This document shows, piece by piece, positions 45,524-55,489 of a stretch of 64,000 nucleotides of DNA. A program made the translations under genes and the position numbers. The first letter of the stretch is position 1; the number at the start of each line of letters is the position of its first letter. The notes under the pieces were generated by a model. That model had not been told where the DNA came from. It did not search any database and saw nothing but the letters and a program-made list of their open reading frames with translations. The stretch is from the NCBI GenBank assembly GCA_007376385.1, contig VMGC01000005.1, forward strand, positions 32,001-96,000, in the 5' to 3' direction. The stretch is from Parcubacteria group bacterium Gr01-1014_8. Its GTDB lineage: Bacteria; Patescibacteriota; Minisyncoccia; Phycocordibacterales; UBA2100.

Positions 45524-46801
45524 TCATTCTGTTCGGAATATTCTATAAATGGCGCCAGCGCGGTCGTCGGAGACGAACATCGTGCCGCCGGGTTCGACGA
45601 GAATGTCGACGGGACGGCCTATAACCTCGCCGTCTTTCATGAAGCCGGTCATAAAATCAACCGGAGCAAGCGGATTTCCTCCGGAGTCGAAGGGAATTCG
45701 TACTATTTTGTATCCCGTCAGGACAGAGCGATTCCATGAACCGTGGTATGCGACTAAGAGATCGAACCAGTAATCCTCGGGCCATCCTTCTTCAGGAATG
45801 AACGCCAATCCTAGCGGAGCGGAATGTGCCTGTAGGTCAATGTACGACGGCGTTTCAAACGGCTCCATGCATGGATTACGTATATAGGTGTTTTTATCAA
45901 ATACGTTGTCGTGGATATTTTTTCCATAGCAGATAGGCCAGCCGTAATTTCCGCCCTCTTTGATGATGTTCACCTCGTCCGGCGGAACATCGTCGCCGAG
46001 GAGGTCGCGCCCCATGTCAGTGCCCCATAGCTCTCCGGTCACCGGGTGAATGGCCATAAAGACCGTGTTGCGGAGGCCGCGCGCGAATTCAGCCGGTTCA
46101 TCAAATGCGCTTCCTGGAAAATCGAGTGCAAGTATCTTTGCATTGCGCGCATCGGTTTCATTGCATGCATTGCATGAGGAACCAACTGCAATGAGCAAAC
46201 GTGTGCCGTCCGGGTGTGCTAAGAGAGTTCGCGTGACATGTCTTCCGCCCGTGGGAAAAGATGCAAGTGTTTTCGGCAGTGTTGCTGTAAACGTGTCGGG
46301 GTCGTAGGCGTACGATTGGAGCACATCTTCTTCCGCGACATACATTCTGCAGTCGTTTCCTGCCTGCGCCGAGGCTTCGGCAGGCAGGCCGAATTCGCCT
46401 GCCCCGTTAGAGGCCACAGGCTCTCTAATGGGGTCGCACCGGAACAAGATCCCGTGCGGAGCGTTCAAACCAGTCAGGATGTCTACGATGCGGTCGGCTT
46501 TTTTGTCGCCATCTTTGTCGGGCAGCGCCACGATGCGTCCTTCCGACATAAGAGACGCAACGAGGGTTCCTTTAACGTCGCGGGCCAAGACGCGAGCGCC
46601 GGGTGTATCGTCCGAATACACTGATACGGCAAACCCTTCGGGCACTTTGAATGGAAGTTCCCCATCATCCGCAGGAAGTGCAGGCGGAGATTTTGCGAGC
46701 GGGACTGCGCCTATCACGTTGCGGTACACATGTGGACCGAACCAAAGGAGGGCTATCGCTGCGAGCGAGAGCAACAGGATCGCAATAGTACGCGTTGGCA
46801 T
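45524..46801 (-). CDS. Soluble PQQ-type glucose/sorbosone dehydrogenase-like beta-propeller protein.
   Basis: N-terminal transmembrane/signal segment. GSDH family motifs (LNAPHGILF). Confidence 0.65.
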   Translation of the reverse strand: MPTRTIAILLLSLAAIALLWFGPHVYRNVIGAVPLAKSPPALPADDGELPFKVPEGFAVSVYSDDTPGARVLARDVKGTLVASLMSEGRIVALPDKDGDKKADRIVDILTGLNAPHGILFRCDPIREPVASNGAGEFGLPAEASAQAGNDCRMYVAEEDVLQSYAYDPDTFTATLPKTLASFPTGGRHVTRTLLAHPDGTRLLIAVGSSCNACNETDARNAKILALDFPGSAFDEPAEFARGLRNTVFMAIHPVTGELWGTDMGRDLLGDDVPPDEVNIIKEGGNYGWPICYGKNIHDNVFDKNTYIRNPCMEPFETPSYIDLQAHSAPLGLAFIPEEGWPEDYWFDLLVAYHGSWNRSVLTGYKIVRIPFDSGGNPLAPVDFMTGFMKDGEVIGRPVDILVEPGGTMFVSDDRAGAIYRIFRTE

Positions 46802-46805
46802 GTCA

Positions 46806-49445
46806 TTAGTGGCCGTCGAACGAGCGGAAGAGCCACTTGGTTGTCTCAACGATGGTCATATTAAGGAAGACCCACACGACAACTATCCATAAGAGTGACA
46901 GAGGCGGCACGACTTCGATGTGGAAAATATGCCGAAGAGGTGCAAATGCCACCGTAGCGATAAGAAGACCAACACCAATAACGACGCTCCAATTCAGTTC
47001 GCGATTAGAGAATATGGGGTACGTGAACAAGGGACGCCGCAGGGAGCGGAAGCAATACGCGACCGCGAGTACATACGAAGCGAAGCAGAGAAACAAAATA
47101 GAACGCGCTTCTTCAACAGGAATGCCAGCGTACAGCAAGAGCCAGTACAGCGCAAAGAGAAGAGGGGCTGTCACTGCACCAATGCCTATGGTGAGAATGC
47201 GCACTTTTGTGTCGAAAATCGCACCAGCCCCGCGCGTTCTTGAAGGCTGCTCGTTATACAAGGATTCGAACGCATACGAAAGAGCGGGGAAACTGCCAGT
47301 TATGAAATTCACCCAAATTATCTGCAAGGCGGTAAGGGGGAGCGGCAAGCCAATGAGAAGAGCGCCGCCGATGAGGACAACCTCGTCGAAACAGCTTGTC
47401 ATCAAATAGACGAACGCCTTTCGAGTGTTCGCAAGAATGCGCCGGCCTTCTTCTATCGCTGCAACAATAGTTTTGAAGTTGTCATCGAGGAGCACGATGT
47501 CAGCGACGCTTTTTGCGACATCTGTGCTGCTTCCGAGCGCGATGCCGATATCAACTGCTTTTAGCGCAGGTGCGTCGTTTACGCCGTCGCCCGTCATTGC
47601 GACTACTTCACCTTGCTTTCGATAGAGCATGCCGATGCGCAGTTTATCTTCCGGCGTAACGCGCGCGAATATCTTTATGTTCGGCAGTATTGTTGTTAGC
47701 TCTGTGTCCGTCAGTTTTCGGATCTCCTCGCCGGAGATAGCATGGCCGTCGTGAACATTCCATCCGAGTTCGTGCGCTATCGCAACCGCGGTTCCTTTCA
47801 GATCTCCCGTAACCATGACCACGCGTGCTCCGAGGTGTTCTATGCGCTGGAGCGCGCTTTTTGCTTCAGGACGTATAGGATCCCTGAACATAAGAATGCC
47901 CCGAAAGTCGAGCTTTTGTGCGTCTTTTGCGGAGAGCTCTTTTGCATTTTGAGGTCCTTTTAGTTTGGCGATGCCGAGCAATCGTTTGCCTTCGGAGCTG
48001 ATAGCGTGCACTCTTTTTTCAAGTGACAGGAATTCATCTTTCGTTATATCTGAGTGCGCGAGCAGGATCTCCGGCGCGCCTATGACATAGTGCTCTTCTC
48101 CTTTGCTTTTCACGATGGAAAATTTGTTTGTCGAGTTGAACGCGAGTAGGGGGGGATGCTTTTCTTGCATGAGTTCAGCGACATCTATTCCTTGGTGAAC
48201 GGCGGCATGCGCGATGGTTACGTCGAGCGACCTGCCGGAGAATTTTGGATGTGTTTTTGATTCTGAATCGTCGACGGTGACGTCAATGCCGAGGATTGCG
48301 GCCTCGAGTATGGCGCGCTTTTCAGGCGAGAGATTTGTGTCTCTGTCAGAAAGATGGGGGCTTTCCTGCGGCGAGGAGTTGGATAGGAGTTCGTGCTTGG
48401 TCTCGATACCGACGAGCCGCATGTTTGCTTGCGTTAGAGTACCCGTCTTATCTGTCATGATGATAGTTGCAGAACCGAGTGTTTCTGCTGCGGCAAGATT
48501 GCGAATGACGCCTTTTCTCTCTGCGAGCCTTTGGACTCCTATCGCTAGAATGACGGTGAGCGCGATGGGAAGCGCTTCGGGAACGGCGCCTACAGCGACA
48601 GCGGATGCGATGAGGAGCATTTCAATGAGGGGAATTCCTCTCGCAAGTCCGATGAAGAACATCCCCACGACGAGTACCGAAATGCCGAGAAAAATGAACC
48701 ATGCGATATTCCACAGTGCTTTTTGGAGAGGCGTTGGCTCATGGCCCGTGTGAGTGACAAGGGACGCGATTCGTCCGATCTCGGTTGCTCCGCCGACAGC
48801 GGATACGACGGCGGTTCCATGTCCATCAACAACGAGGGTGCCGGCGAATGCCATGTTGACCCTCTCCGAAACGCTTGATGCCTCCGAAACGACACGCGAT
48901 TCTTTTTGAACAGGCAGGGATTCCCCGGTCAGGATGGCTTCATCGATGAAAAGATTATTCTCGGTGAGAATGCGAGCGTCGGCCGGTACGCGGGCGCCAT
49001 ACGATAGCCGGATGATGTCGCCTATGACGAGTTGTTCTGAATCAACTTCTTGTTCGACTCGCTGTCGAATGACGCGTGCACGTTCCTTTATGTATGTTGT
49101 TAATTTTTCTAGCGTATTCTCTGCCTGATATTCTTGATAGAAGCCAAGAGCTGCGTTCACAAAAATGGCGAGCAAGATGACAGAGGAGTCTATCCATTCT
49201 TTCAGAAGAACGGTGAGCCCCGCCGCAACCAAGAGCATGAAGATAAGAGGACTCTCGAATTGACGCCACAAAATAGCAAGCGCATTCAGGCGCCCCGATC
49301 TTGGAAATGCATTCGCACCGAAGCGCGAGAGACGGATCGCTACTTCAGCGTCGCTCAATCCTTCACTTTTTGCGTGGTGCAGCAGTAAGGCCTCATCCGT
49401 CGACAGTGCCCACACGTGCTGCTGCACAAGAGGATGATCCTTCAT
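46806..49445 (-). CDS. P-type cation-transporting ATPase (type II, Ca2+/Mg2+-like).
   Basis: DKTGTLT phosphorylation motif, TGDGVNDAPAL hinge, 10 predicted transmembrane helices, 879 aa. Confidence 0.9.
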   Translation of the reverse strand: MKDHPLVQQHVWALSTDEALLLHHAKSEGLSDAEVAIRLSRFGANAFPRSGRLNALAILWRQFESPLIFMLLVAAGLTVLLKEWIDSSVILLAIFVNAALGFYQEYQAENTLEKLTTYIKERARVIRQRVEQEVDSEQLVIGDIIRLSYGARVPADARILTENNLFIDEAILTGESLPVQKESRVVSEASSVSERVNMAFAGTLVVDGHGTAVVSAVGGATEIGRIASLVTHTGHEPTPLQKALWNIAWFIFLGISVLVVGMFFIGLARGIPLIEMLLIASAVAVGAVPEALPIALTVILAIGVQRLAERKGVIRNLAAAETLGSATIIMTDKTGTLTQANMRLVGIETKHELLSNSSPQESPHLSDRDTNLSPEKRAILEAAILGIDVTVDDSESKTHPKFSGRSLDVTIAHAAVHQGIDVAELMQEKHPPLLAFNSTNKFSIVKSKGEEHYVIGAPEILLAHSDITKDEFLSLEKRVHAISSEGKRLLGIAKLKGPQNAKELSAKDAQKLDFRGILMFRDPIRPEAKSALQRIEHLGARVVMVTGDLKGTAVAIAHELGWNVHDGHAISGEEIRKLTDTELTTILPNIKIFARVTPEDKLRIGMLYRKQGEVVAMTGDGVNDAPALKAVDIGIALGSSTDVAKSVADIVLLDDNFKTIVAAIEEGRRILANTRKAFVYLMTSCFDEVVLIGGALLIGLPLPLTALQIIWVNFITGSFPALSYAFESLYNEQPSRTRGAGAIFDTKVRILTIGIGAVTAPLLFALYWLLLYAGIPVEEARSILFLCFASYVLAVAYCFRSLRRPLFTYPIFSNRELNWSVVIGVGLLIATVAFAPLRHIFHIEVVPPLSLLWIVVVWVFLNMTIVETTKWLFRSFDGH

Positions 49446-49453
49446 TGCCTACC

Positions 49454-49476
49454 AGTCTACCCCATGAGATAAGACC
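49454..49476 (-). promoter_or_regulatory. Conserved motif, copy 9 (minus orientation); its TAGACT is 8 nt before the ATG of the P-type ATPase.
   Basis: AGTCTACCCCATGAGATAAGACC on the plus strand. Confidence 0.5.
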
Positions 49477-49537
49477 AAAACCTTCCCGCCCTAATCGGTG
49501 TGAGTAAGGGAATAATTTTGTCTGAAAAGACCTATTT

Positions 49538-49558
49538 TCTTATCTCACGGGGTATAGA
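49538..49558 (+). promoter_or_regulatory. Conserved motif, copy 10 (plus orientation), about 155 nt upstream of the LTD-domain secreted protein gene.
   Basis: TTCTTATCTCACGGGGTATAG followed by ATGATGA. Confidence 0.5.
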
Positions 49559-49713
49559 TGATGAATTGTCATGTGCAGGCGAGACGCCAAGGCCGAGACG
49601 GGCGGCCGCCCCTCAGTTATGCACATCATTTTCTGCCATCATGATTTTTCGCCTGGTATTGTGTATGTATTATTCCCGCGCGGTTCATGGGCGCGCTTAG
49701 CATCACTTTCTGT

Positions 49714-51459
49714 ATGATGCATCATGCTCGCAGTGTCTCGCTCGTGTTTGTATTAGCCGCGCTCCTCACGTTTTCTGTTTTCGCGCCGACCGTTGTCATG
49801 GGCGACAGTATCACGTCTCGTCTATGTGAGAGGCAACACAGTGTCGGCATTCGTTTAGCACGCCTGCTAATTGATCCGGAAATATGCAATCCTGCGCCTC
49901 CTCCTGCCACGATTCTCGATTTTTCAGCTTCACCTCCTAGCATAGAAGCAGGGCAGAGCTCGTTGCTTTCGTGGGATTCTACAAATGCAACTTCTTGCAC
50001 TGCGTCCGATGGGTGGAGTGGCGGCAAGTCAGAGGACGGCACGCAAAGTGTTTCTCCTGCCGTTACGACCGCCTACACGCTTTCATGTACCGGTGCAGGC
50101 GGGACGGTTACAAAAAGCGCAACAGTTACGGTGACCGCTGCCCCGATCGCTCCGACGCTTACGCTTGTAAAGGATCTCCCGAACGATAGCGGAGGAAATG
50201 CCGTCGCCGCAGATTTTCAGGCAAAGATAGACGGCGTTAATGTTCCATGGAGTTCAGCACAAACGGTTTCGGCTGGCCCCCATACTGCATCTGAAGTTAC
50301 GCTTCCCGGCTATACGGCGAGCGTGTGGGGCGGAGATTGCGCGGAGGATGGAACAATAACGCTTGCAAACGGAGAAAATAAAACATGCTCCATCACCAAC
50401 GACGACCAGCAGGCGACGATGACAGTCATCAAGCATGTGATAAACGATAACGCCACTCCTGGCACGGCGACGGCCGCAGACTTCGCGATATTCGTCCAAG
50501 GAGTTTCAAAGCCGGGGAGCGAGAGCGGCACTATATACAACGTTAATCCCGGTTCATACGTTGTTGCTGAAGTTCTTGTGTCAGGCTACGAAGGAATTTC
50601 ATCGGTGGGGGATTGCGCCGGCACGATAGCGCTCGGCGAACATAAGACATGCACGATAACGAACGGCGACATCGCACCCGAACTTCCAACAGTTCTCTTT
50701 TCTGCGGATCCTTTAACAGTACACGAAGGCAGTCTCATAGATGCGACATCTACTCTGACGTGGGATTCAACGAATGCTGATTCCTGTGTTGCATCGAATG
50801 GTTGGAGCGGAGCGAAGGTGGCTGACGGCGCGGAGGTCGTTCAGCCCACCGCTACGACATCAATAACGTATGTCATTACTTGTTCGGGGCCTGGCGGCAC
50901 GGTCGCAGGTTCTGCAACGCTCGCCGTTGTTCCACCTGCGGCTGTCGGAAAGCTTCTTATTACAGAAGTGTTGTATGACGTAGACACGGCGACGCAGGGA
51001 GCAGAGACTGCAGACGAGTGGGTAGAACTGTTCAACGGCACTGACGCAGAAATAGATCTCACTGGATATGCTCTCAAAGATAACAACGGGACAATAGGCG
51101 ATGCATTTCCGCAAGGCACGATCATTCCGGCTAATGGCTTTCTAGTTGTACTTGCGAGCGATACGACAGCAGGGTTCTGGAGTATCCCGCAAGGCACACA
51201 AACGCTGGTAGTAGATGGAGACATCGGAGGAAACGGGCTCGCGAATGGCGGTGACCGCATCGTTCTACACGATGCCCAGGACGCTGTTCTCGACAGCGTG
51301 AGCTGGGGAACAGATGAAACAGCGTTCGCTCCGTCGGTGCATCCAGACCCGACATCAGATGATTTTGAAGGAAGCTCAATAGGACGAACGAACAATACGA
51401 CCGACACAGGCGCTGCTGCTGACTGGGAAGAGAAGACAACGCCGACACCGGGGGCGTAG
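49714..51459 (+). CDS. Large secreted protein with repeated Ig-like/beta-sandwich modules and a C-terminal lamin-tail-like (LTD) domain.
   Basis: Signal peptide. C-terminus LLITEVLYD...EWVELFN...GYALKDNNG...GDRIVLHDAQDAVLDSVSWG is typical of LTD. Confidence 0.55.
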   Translation: MMHHARSVSLVFVLAALLTFSVFAPTVVMGDSITSRLCERQHSVGIRLARLLIDPEICNPAPPPATILDFSASPPSIEAGQSSLLSWDSTNATSCTASDGWSGGKSEDGTQSVSPAVTTAYTLSCTGAGGTVTKSATVTVTAAPIAPTLTLVKDLPNDSGGNAVAADFQAKIDGVNVPWSSAQTVSAGPHTASEVTLPGYTASVWGGDCAEDGTITLANGENKTCSITNDDQQATMTVIKHVINDNATPGTATAADFAIFVQGVSKPGSESGTIYNVNPGSYVVAEVLVSGYEGISSVGDCAGTIALGEHKTCTITNGDIAPELPTVLFSADPLTVHEGSLIDATSTLTWDSTNADSCVASNGWSGAKVADGAEVVQPTATTSITYVITCSGPGGTVAGSATLAVVPPAAVGKLLITEVLYDVDTATQGAETADEWVELFNGTDAEIDLTGYALKDNNGTIGDAFPQGTIIPANGFLVVLASDTTAGFWSIPQGTQTLVVDGDIGGNGLANGGDRIVLHDAQDAVLDSVSWGTDETAFAPSVHPDPTSDDFEGSSIGRTNNTTDTGAAADWEEKTTPTPGA

Positions 51460-51471
51460 TATACTGAACGC

Positions 51472-52602
51472 ATGCAAAAGAAGTTCTTAGCTGCCGGGGC
51501 TGTCGCCCTGGTGCTCATTCCGGTCGCTGTGTTTGCTGCGACGTTTAGAACAGGAGAGCAGCCCACCATCCCTTCTGGTACGACGATCAATGACGACCTG
51601 TATATTGCGGGCGGGAACGTTACGCATGCAGGCGTCGTCACAGGAGATCTTATCGCGGCTGGCGGCTCTGTTCTTGTCAGCGGAGATGTTCGAGGCGATG
51701 CGCTTGTGTCGGGAGGAAACGTAACGATACTCGGCGCAGTTTCTGACGACGTTCGAGCGGCGGGAGGCAATGTGGTCATCAATGGAGCTGTCTCGAGCGA
51801 CGTCGTTGCTGTCGGTGGGCAGCTTACTATCGCGGGTCCGGGGATTGGCGGAGATGTACTTGCCGCGGGCGGCACCGTCCGAATAGATGCGCCGGTTGTG
51901 GGCGATGTTCTCATTACAGGAGGAGACGTTTTTATCAACGCGCCGATCAAAGGAAAAGTAGACATCGAAGCCGATAAAGTCACGATTGGAAGCGCTGCGG
52001 TCATTGCGGGCGATCTAACGTACCGTGCGGGCAAGGAAGCTACAATAGAAGAAGGAGCACAGGTAAAAGGAACGACCACTCACACACTGAGGGCCGACAT
52101 AGGAAGAGCCGCTAAGAAGGGTATCGCAGCATTCGTATCGGCGTGGCTCGTCATGAAGCTTCTGATGCTTCTCGCGGGAGCATATGCGTTCTTCTATCTT
52201 TTCAAGAAGTATACGGAGACTATCGTGAGGGATTCCCTAAGCGATCCAATGTCGCAGCTCGGAAGAGGCCTTGTCTCATTCATCGTGTGGCCAGTTGCCG
52301 GCGTCATTCTGCTCGCGACTGTGGTAGGGATGCCTCTTGGCATCATGGCGCTTCTCGGGTACGGGATACTTCTGATATTTGCTCACATCATGGCGCCGAT
52401 CGCGATAGGAAGCTTGCTCTATGCGTGGGCGACAAAAAGCGCCTACCAGGTTACATGGCAGACCATACTGCTTGGAGTAGTCGCGTATTTTGTTCTCGGC
52501 TTCGTTCCAATAGTGGGTTGGATAATACGATTTGCATTCATGTTGCTGGTCTTAGGAGCGGGCCTCAGTCTCAAGTGGAATCTTGCCAAAGAGTGGAGGT
52601 AA
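51472..52602 (+). CDS. Bactofilin-like polymer-forming (beta-helical repeat) domain fused to a C-terminal polytopic membrane domain.
   Basis: Signal/transmembrane N-terminus. About 150 aa of VxGDxxxxGG beta-helix repeats, then four to five transmembrane helices. Confidence 0.5.
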   Translation: MQKKFLAAGAVALVLIPVAVFAATFRTGEQPTIPSGTTINDDLYIAGGNVTHAGVVTGDLIAAGGSVLVSGDVRGDALVSGGNVTILGAVSDDVRAAGGNVVINGAVSSDVVAVGGQLTIAGPGIGGDVLAAGGTVRIDAPVVGDVLITGGDVFINAPIKGKVDIEADKVTIGSAAVIAGDLTYRAGKEATIEEGAQVKGTTTHTLRADIGRAAKKGIAAFVSAWLVMKLLMLLAGAYAFFYLFKKYTETIVRDSLSDPMSQLGRGLVSFIVWPVAGVILLATVVGMPLGIMALLGYGILLIFAHIMAPIAIGSLLYAWATKSAYQVTWQTILLGVVAYFVLGFVPIVGWIIRFAFMLLVLGAGLSLKWNLAKEWR

Positions 52603-52603
52603 A

Positions 52604-53749
52604 TCAAATAACTATCTCCTTTGGTTTAGGTCGCAGGTTGTAATTCGAACTCATGGCGTACCCGTACGCGCCGGCGTCGGCGAAAAGGAGAAGATCGCCA
52701 AGGCGAGGCGCGGGGATAGGACGGTCTTTGCAGAACACGTCTCCTGATTCACAGATGTATCCCGCAACGGTGATAGGCTGGACTTTTCCTCGTGGATTTG
52801 TGAGGTTGAAAATGTGATGGTATGAATCGTACATTGCGGTGCGGATGAGATGATTGAAACCGGAATTTATGCCGACGAAGGTGTGCGCCGGTGTTTTCTT
52901 AATATCCACTACTTCCGCAAGTAGTGCGCCTGCCGCCGCGACAATATAACGGCCAGGCTCGACCGAGAATTCCAGTTTCCTTCCGTAGCTTCTTGAGAAA
53001 TCTGTAAAGAGAGATGTCATGTCTTTCCCGAGTACGCGGAGGTCCAGCGGTTTCTCCTTCGGATGATAGGGGATGCCGAAACCTCCGCCGAAATCGAGGA
53101 ATTCCAAGTCAGAAAATTCTCGAGCCGATTGGAGGAGTAATTTCATTGCTCTGATGAATGCTTTGGGGTTCAGGATGTTAGAGCCAATATGCTGATGAAG
53201 CCCGACGATGGTTAGTTTGTAATGAACAGCGATCTTCTTTGCCTCTGCAAGTTGAGAAAAATGAATGCCAAATTTGCTTCCCACCCCGCCGGTGATCACG
53301 TGTGAATGATGCCCTGCGCCGAATCCACGATTCACGCGGATTGAGATACGAGAGCCCGGTTTTGCTTCGCCCCACCACTTAATTTGATTGATAGAGTCGA
53401 GGTGGACTCGAACGCCAGTTCGCATTACCGCGAGCAGTTCTTCACGAGGGATATTGCTGCATGTGTATGAGATGCGGTGAGGCGGGAATCCGCCCGCAAG
53501 CGCCGCGTGTACTTCGCCGATGCTCACTGCTTCGCAGCTCGCGCCCTCTTTTCTTAGAAGTTTTAAGATGTCTTTGTTCGCGTTCGCTTTGCTCGCGTAA
53601 AATATCGTTGTGTTGGGATAGGGAATTGCATCCCGTAATGAGCGATAGGCATGCGCGACGAGATCTTCTCGATACACGTACAGAGGAGAGCCATATTTTC
53701 TTACAAGCTTTTTCGCAACAGCAGAGGAAATTATTGGCAGCTTTCTCAT
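52604..53749 (-). CDS. lysA: PLP-dependent Orn/DAP/Arg decarboxylase family 2 (diaminopimelate decarboxylase-like).
   Basis: YASKANAN PLP-lysine motif, GGGFGIPY and CESGD motifs. Confidence 0.75.
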   Translation of the reverse strand: MRKLPIISSAVAKKLVRKYGSPLYVYREDLVAHAYRSLRDAIPYPNTTIFYASKANANKDILKLLRKEGASCEAVSIGEVHAALAGGFPPHRISYTCSNIPREELLAVMRTGVRVHLDSINQIKWWGEAKPGSRISIRVNRGFGAGHHSHVITGGVGSKFGIHFSQLAEAKKIAVHYKLTIVGLHQHIGSNILNPKAFIRAMKLLLQSAREFSDLEFLDFGGGFGIPYHPKEKPLDLRVLGKDMTSLFTDFSRSYGRKLEFSVEPGRYIVAAAGALLAEVVDIKKTPAHTFVGINSGFNHLIRTAMYDSYHHIFNLTNPRGKVQPITVAGYICESGDVFCKDRPIPAPRLGDLLLFADAGAYGYAMSSNYNLRPKPKEIVI

Positions 53750-53775
53750 TTCTCCAGTATAGCCAAATTAACAAA

Positions 53776-54456
53776 TTAAGCAGGAGGCGCAGTTTCTTCT
53801 TGTTTTGGCGGCTGCATATCGGCGAGCCGAAGAAAAAAGAACATCGAGATGGCACCTATGATGCTCATGGCAAAGAAAATTAGCCCGACATTGAGAAAAC
53901 TCATGTCCTCAAGAAGGAGTGAGCCTGATGCGGTGAGAAGAATGGTTGGAACGAGACTGACGCCTATGTGGATGACTATATAGGGAAGGAATGAAAGGCG
54001 GGTGAGCCCTGCGGCATACGCGACAATGTCTTGCGCGGTTATGAGGAGTACGCGCGTGATGAGGAATCCTTTTACCGTACCCATCATTGAAAGAATCCGT
54101 CCCAGTAAACCAGAATCACCGACCATGCGTTCAACGAACGCCCGGCCAAGTCGTCTGCTGATATAGAACGCGACGGTGCCGCCGATAGCGTCCCCAATAA
54201 CGAGATAGACGAGCGCCTTCCAAAATCCGAAGAGCGCGCCTCCAAGGGGATAGAGGAGCGCCCCAGAGAGCGGCGCAAAGATGATGGTAGAAGCTTTTGC
54301 CGCAATGAGTATGACGGGGCCCAAGACGCCAGCGCCCTCGATCCACGTGCGAAGCGAGTCGTTGCCGTAGGTCTGTATGGCGAAATACAAACCCGCGATG
54401 GTCACGACGAACAGCGCAGTATTTAGAAATAGATCCTTGCGAAAGAAATCAGGCAT
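53776..54456 (-). CDS. DedA/TVP38-family membrane protein.
   Basis: LYPLGGALFGFW...GDAIGGTVAFYISRRLGR signature. Start at MPDFFRK. Confidence 0.7.
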   Translation of the reverse strand: MPDFFRKDLFLNTALFVVTIAGLYFAIQTYGNDSLRTWIEGAGVLGPVILIAAKASTIIFAPLSGALLYPLGGALFGFWKALVYLVIGDAIGGTVAFYISRRLGRAFVERMVGDSGLLGRILSMMGTVKGFLITRVLLITAQDIVAYAAGLTRLSFLPYIVIHIGVSLVPTILLTASGSLLLEDMSFLNVGLIFFAMSIIGAISMFFFLRLADMQPPKQEETAPPA

Positions 54457-54474
54457 ACGTATTAAGAAGCGAGC

Positions 54475-54497
54475 AGTATACCCCGTGAGATAATAAA
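54475..54497 (-). promoter_or_regulatory. Conserved motif, copy 11 (minus orientation); its TATACT is 18 nt before the DedA ATG.
   Basis: AGTATACCCCGTGAGATAATAAA on the plus strand. Confidence 0.5.
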
Positions 54498-54600
54498 ATC
54501 TAAGCAGCGCCGTTAGGCAAACCATAAGCGTCTCATCTTTGCGCGGAGCACTTTCCACCCTGCTCCCTTTCCTTAGGTGAAGAATTTCGAGCACGATCAA

Positions 54601-54636
54601 ATACCTTAAGTGTGCCGACCGGCACACTTAAGGTAT
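54601..54636. repeat. Perfect 36-bp palindrome (16-bp arms, 4-nt centre GACC).
   Basis: ATACCTTAAGTGTGCC GACC GGCACACTTAAGGTAT, read directly from the sequence. Intergenic between divergent genes. Confidence 0.9.
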
Positions 54637-54893
54637 TTATGTGGGTATACTCTCGGGAAAACAATCTATCTATTCTATTTTCAAGTATTGCAGTATCTTT
54701 TGAAGTTTTTCGTCTTCGATGCGGGCAAGACGCATTTGCAGCTCTTGTATTTCTTTTTTTTCTGCCAGGTTGCAGGCCTCCATTGTATAGGGGCATTATA
54801 GGCCTGTCGCTGCAAGGGGGGATAGTCACAGGGGTTCATATCCACGCGCGCATGGATTTTTTTGAAACAAAGCCAGGTATACTGGAGGATACT

Positions 54894-55484
54894 ATGGCGA
54901 AAGAACATTTGGCAACGCGACTCCACGAAAAAATGAAAGAGGTATTGTTGCATCCCGACCTGCCCGGACCCTCTGAACACTACTATATGATCCGCGGGGG
55001 GAGCGACATGCGGAACGTAACGGTGTGGGAGTCGGGAAAAGTCGGCGATGAATATATAAAGACGTATGGACACTATCATATAGGAGAGCTTGATGAGACC
55101 TATTGGATACTTCTCGGCGAAGGGGTCGCGCTCCTCCAAAAGTTGGTGGAGATAGATGGGAAGCCGCAGCCCGATAGAGTGGAAGAATTTAAAGCCGTGA
55201 AAGTGAAGACGGGGGACTCGGTTTATATGCCGTCCGGATACGGGCACCTTGTTGCAAATACTGGAAGCACGTATTTTGTGACCGCAGACAACAGCCCAGT
55301 TGATTTAGGAGACAAGGACCCAATTTCGATGCCAGGCCACGCTGATTACGAAATGGTTCGCCTCATGCGCGGATTTGCATACTATGTCGTCGAACGAAAC
55401 GGCGCGCCGGCACTTTTGAAAAATCCGTTATATAAAGAAGTGCAGAAAACAGATTTTGGAGGTGTTCCTATCGTAGAACAATAG
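54894..55484 (+). CDS. Cupin-type (archaeal-like) glucose-6-phosphate isomerase.
   Basis: TYGHYH...GE...MPSGYGHLVANTG cupin metal motifs. Preceded by TATACT then GGAGG. Confidence 0.55.
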   Translation: MAKEHLATRLHEKMKEVLLHPDLPGPSEHYYMIRGGSDMRNVTVWESGKVGDEYIKTYGHYHIGELDETYWILLGEGVALLQKLVEIDGKPQPDRVEEFKAVKVKTGDSVYMPSGYGHLVANTGSTYFVTADNSPVDLGDKDPISMPGHADYEMVRLMRGFAYYVVERNGAPALLKNPLYKEVQKTDFGGVPIVEQ

Positions 55485-55489
55485 AATAC

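Noticed and set aside
50841-52079. 412-aa minus-strand ORF, Pro/Ser/Thr-rich, antisense to two plus-strand genes.
   Set aside because: It overlaps two well-supported plus-strand genes (the LTD protein and the bactofilin-like protein). Its composition is typical of an antisense frame in GC-rich coding DNA, and it has no homology signal.
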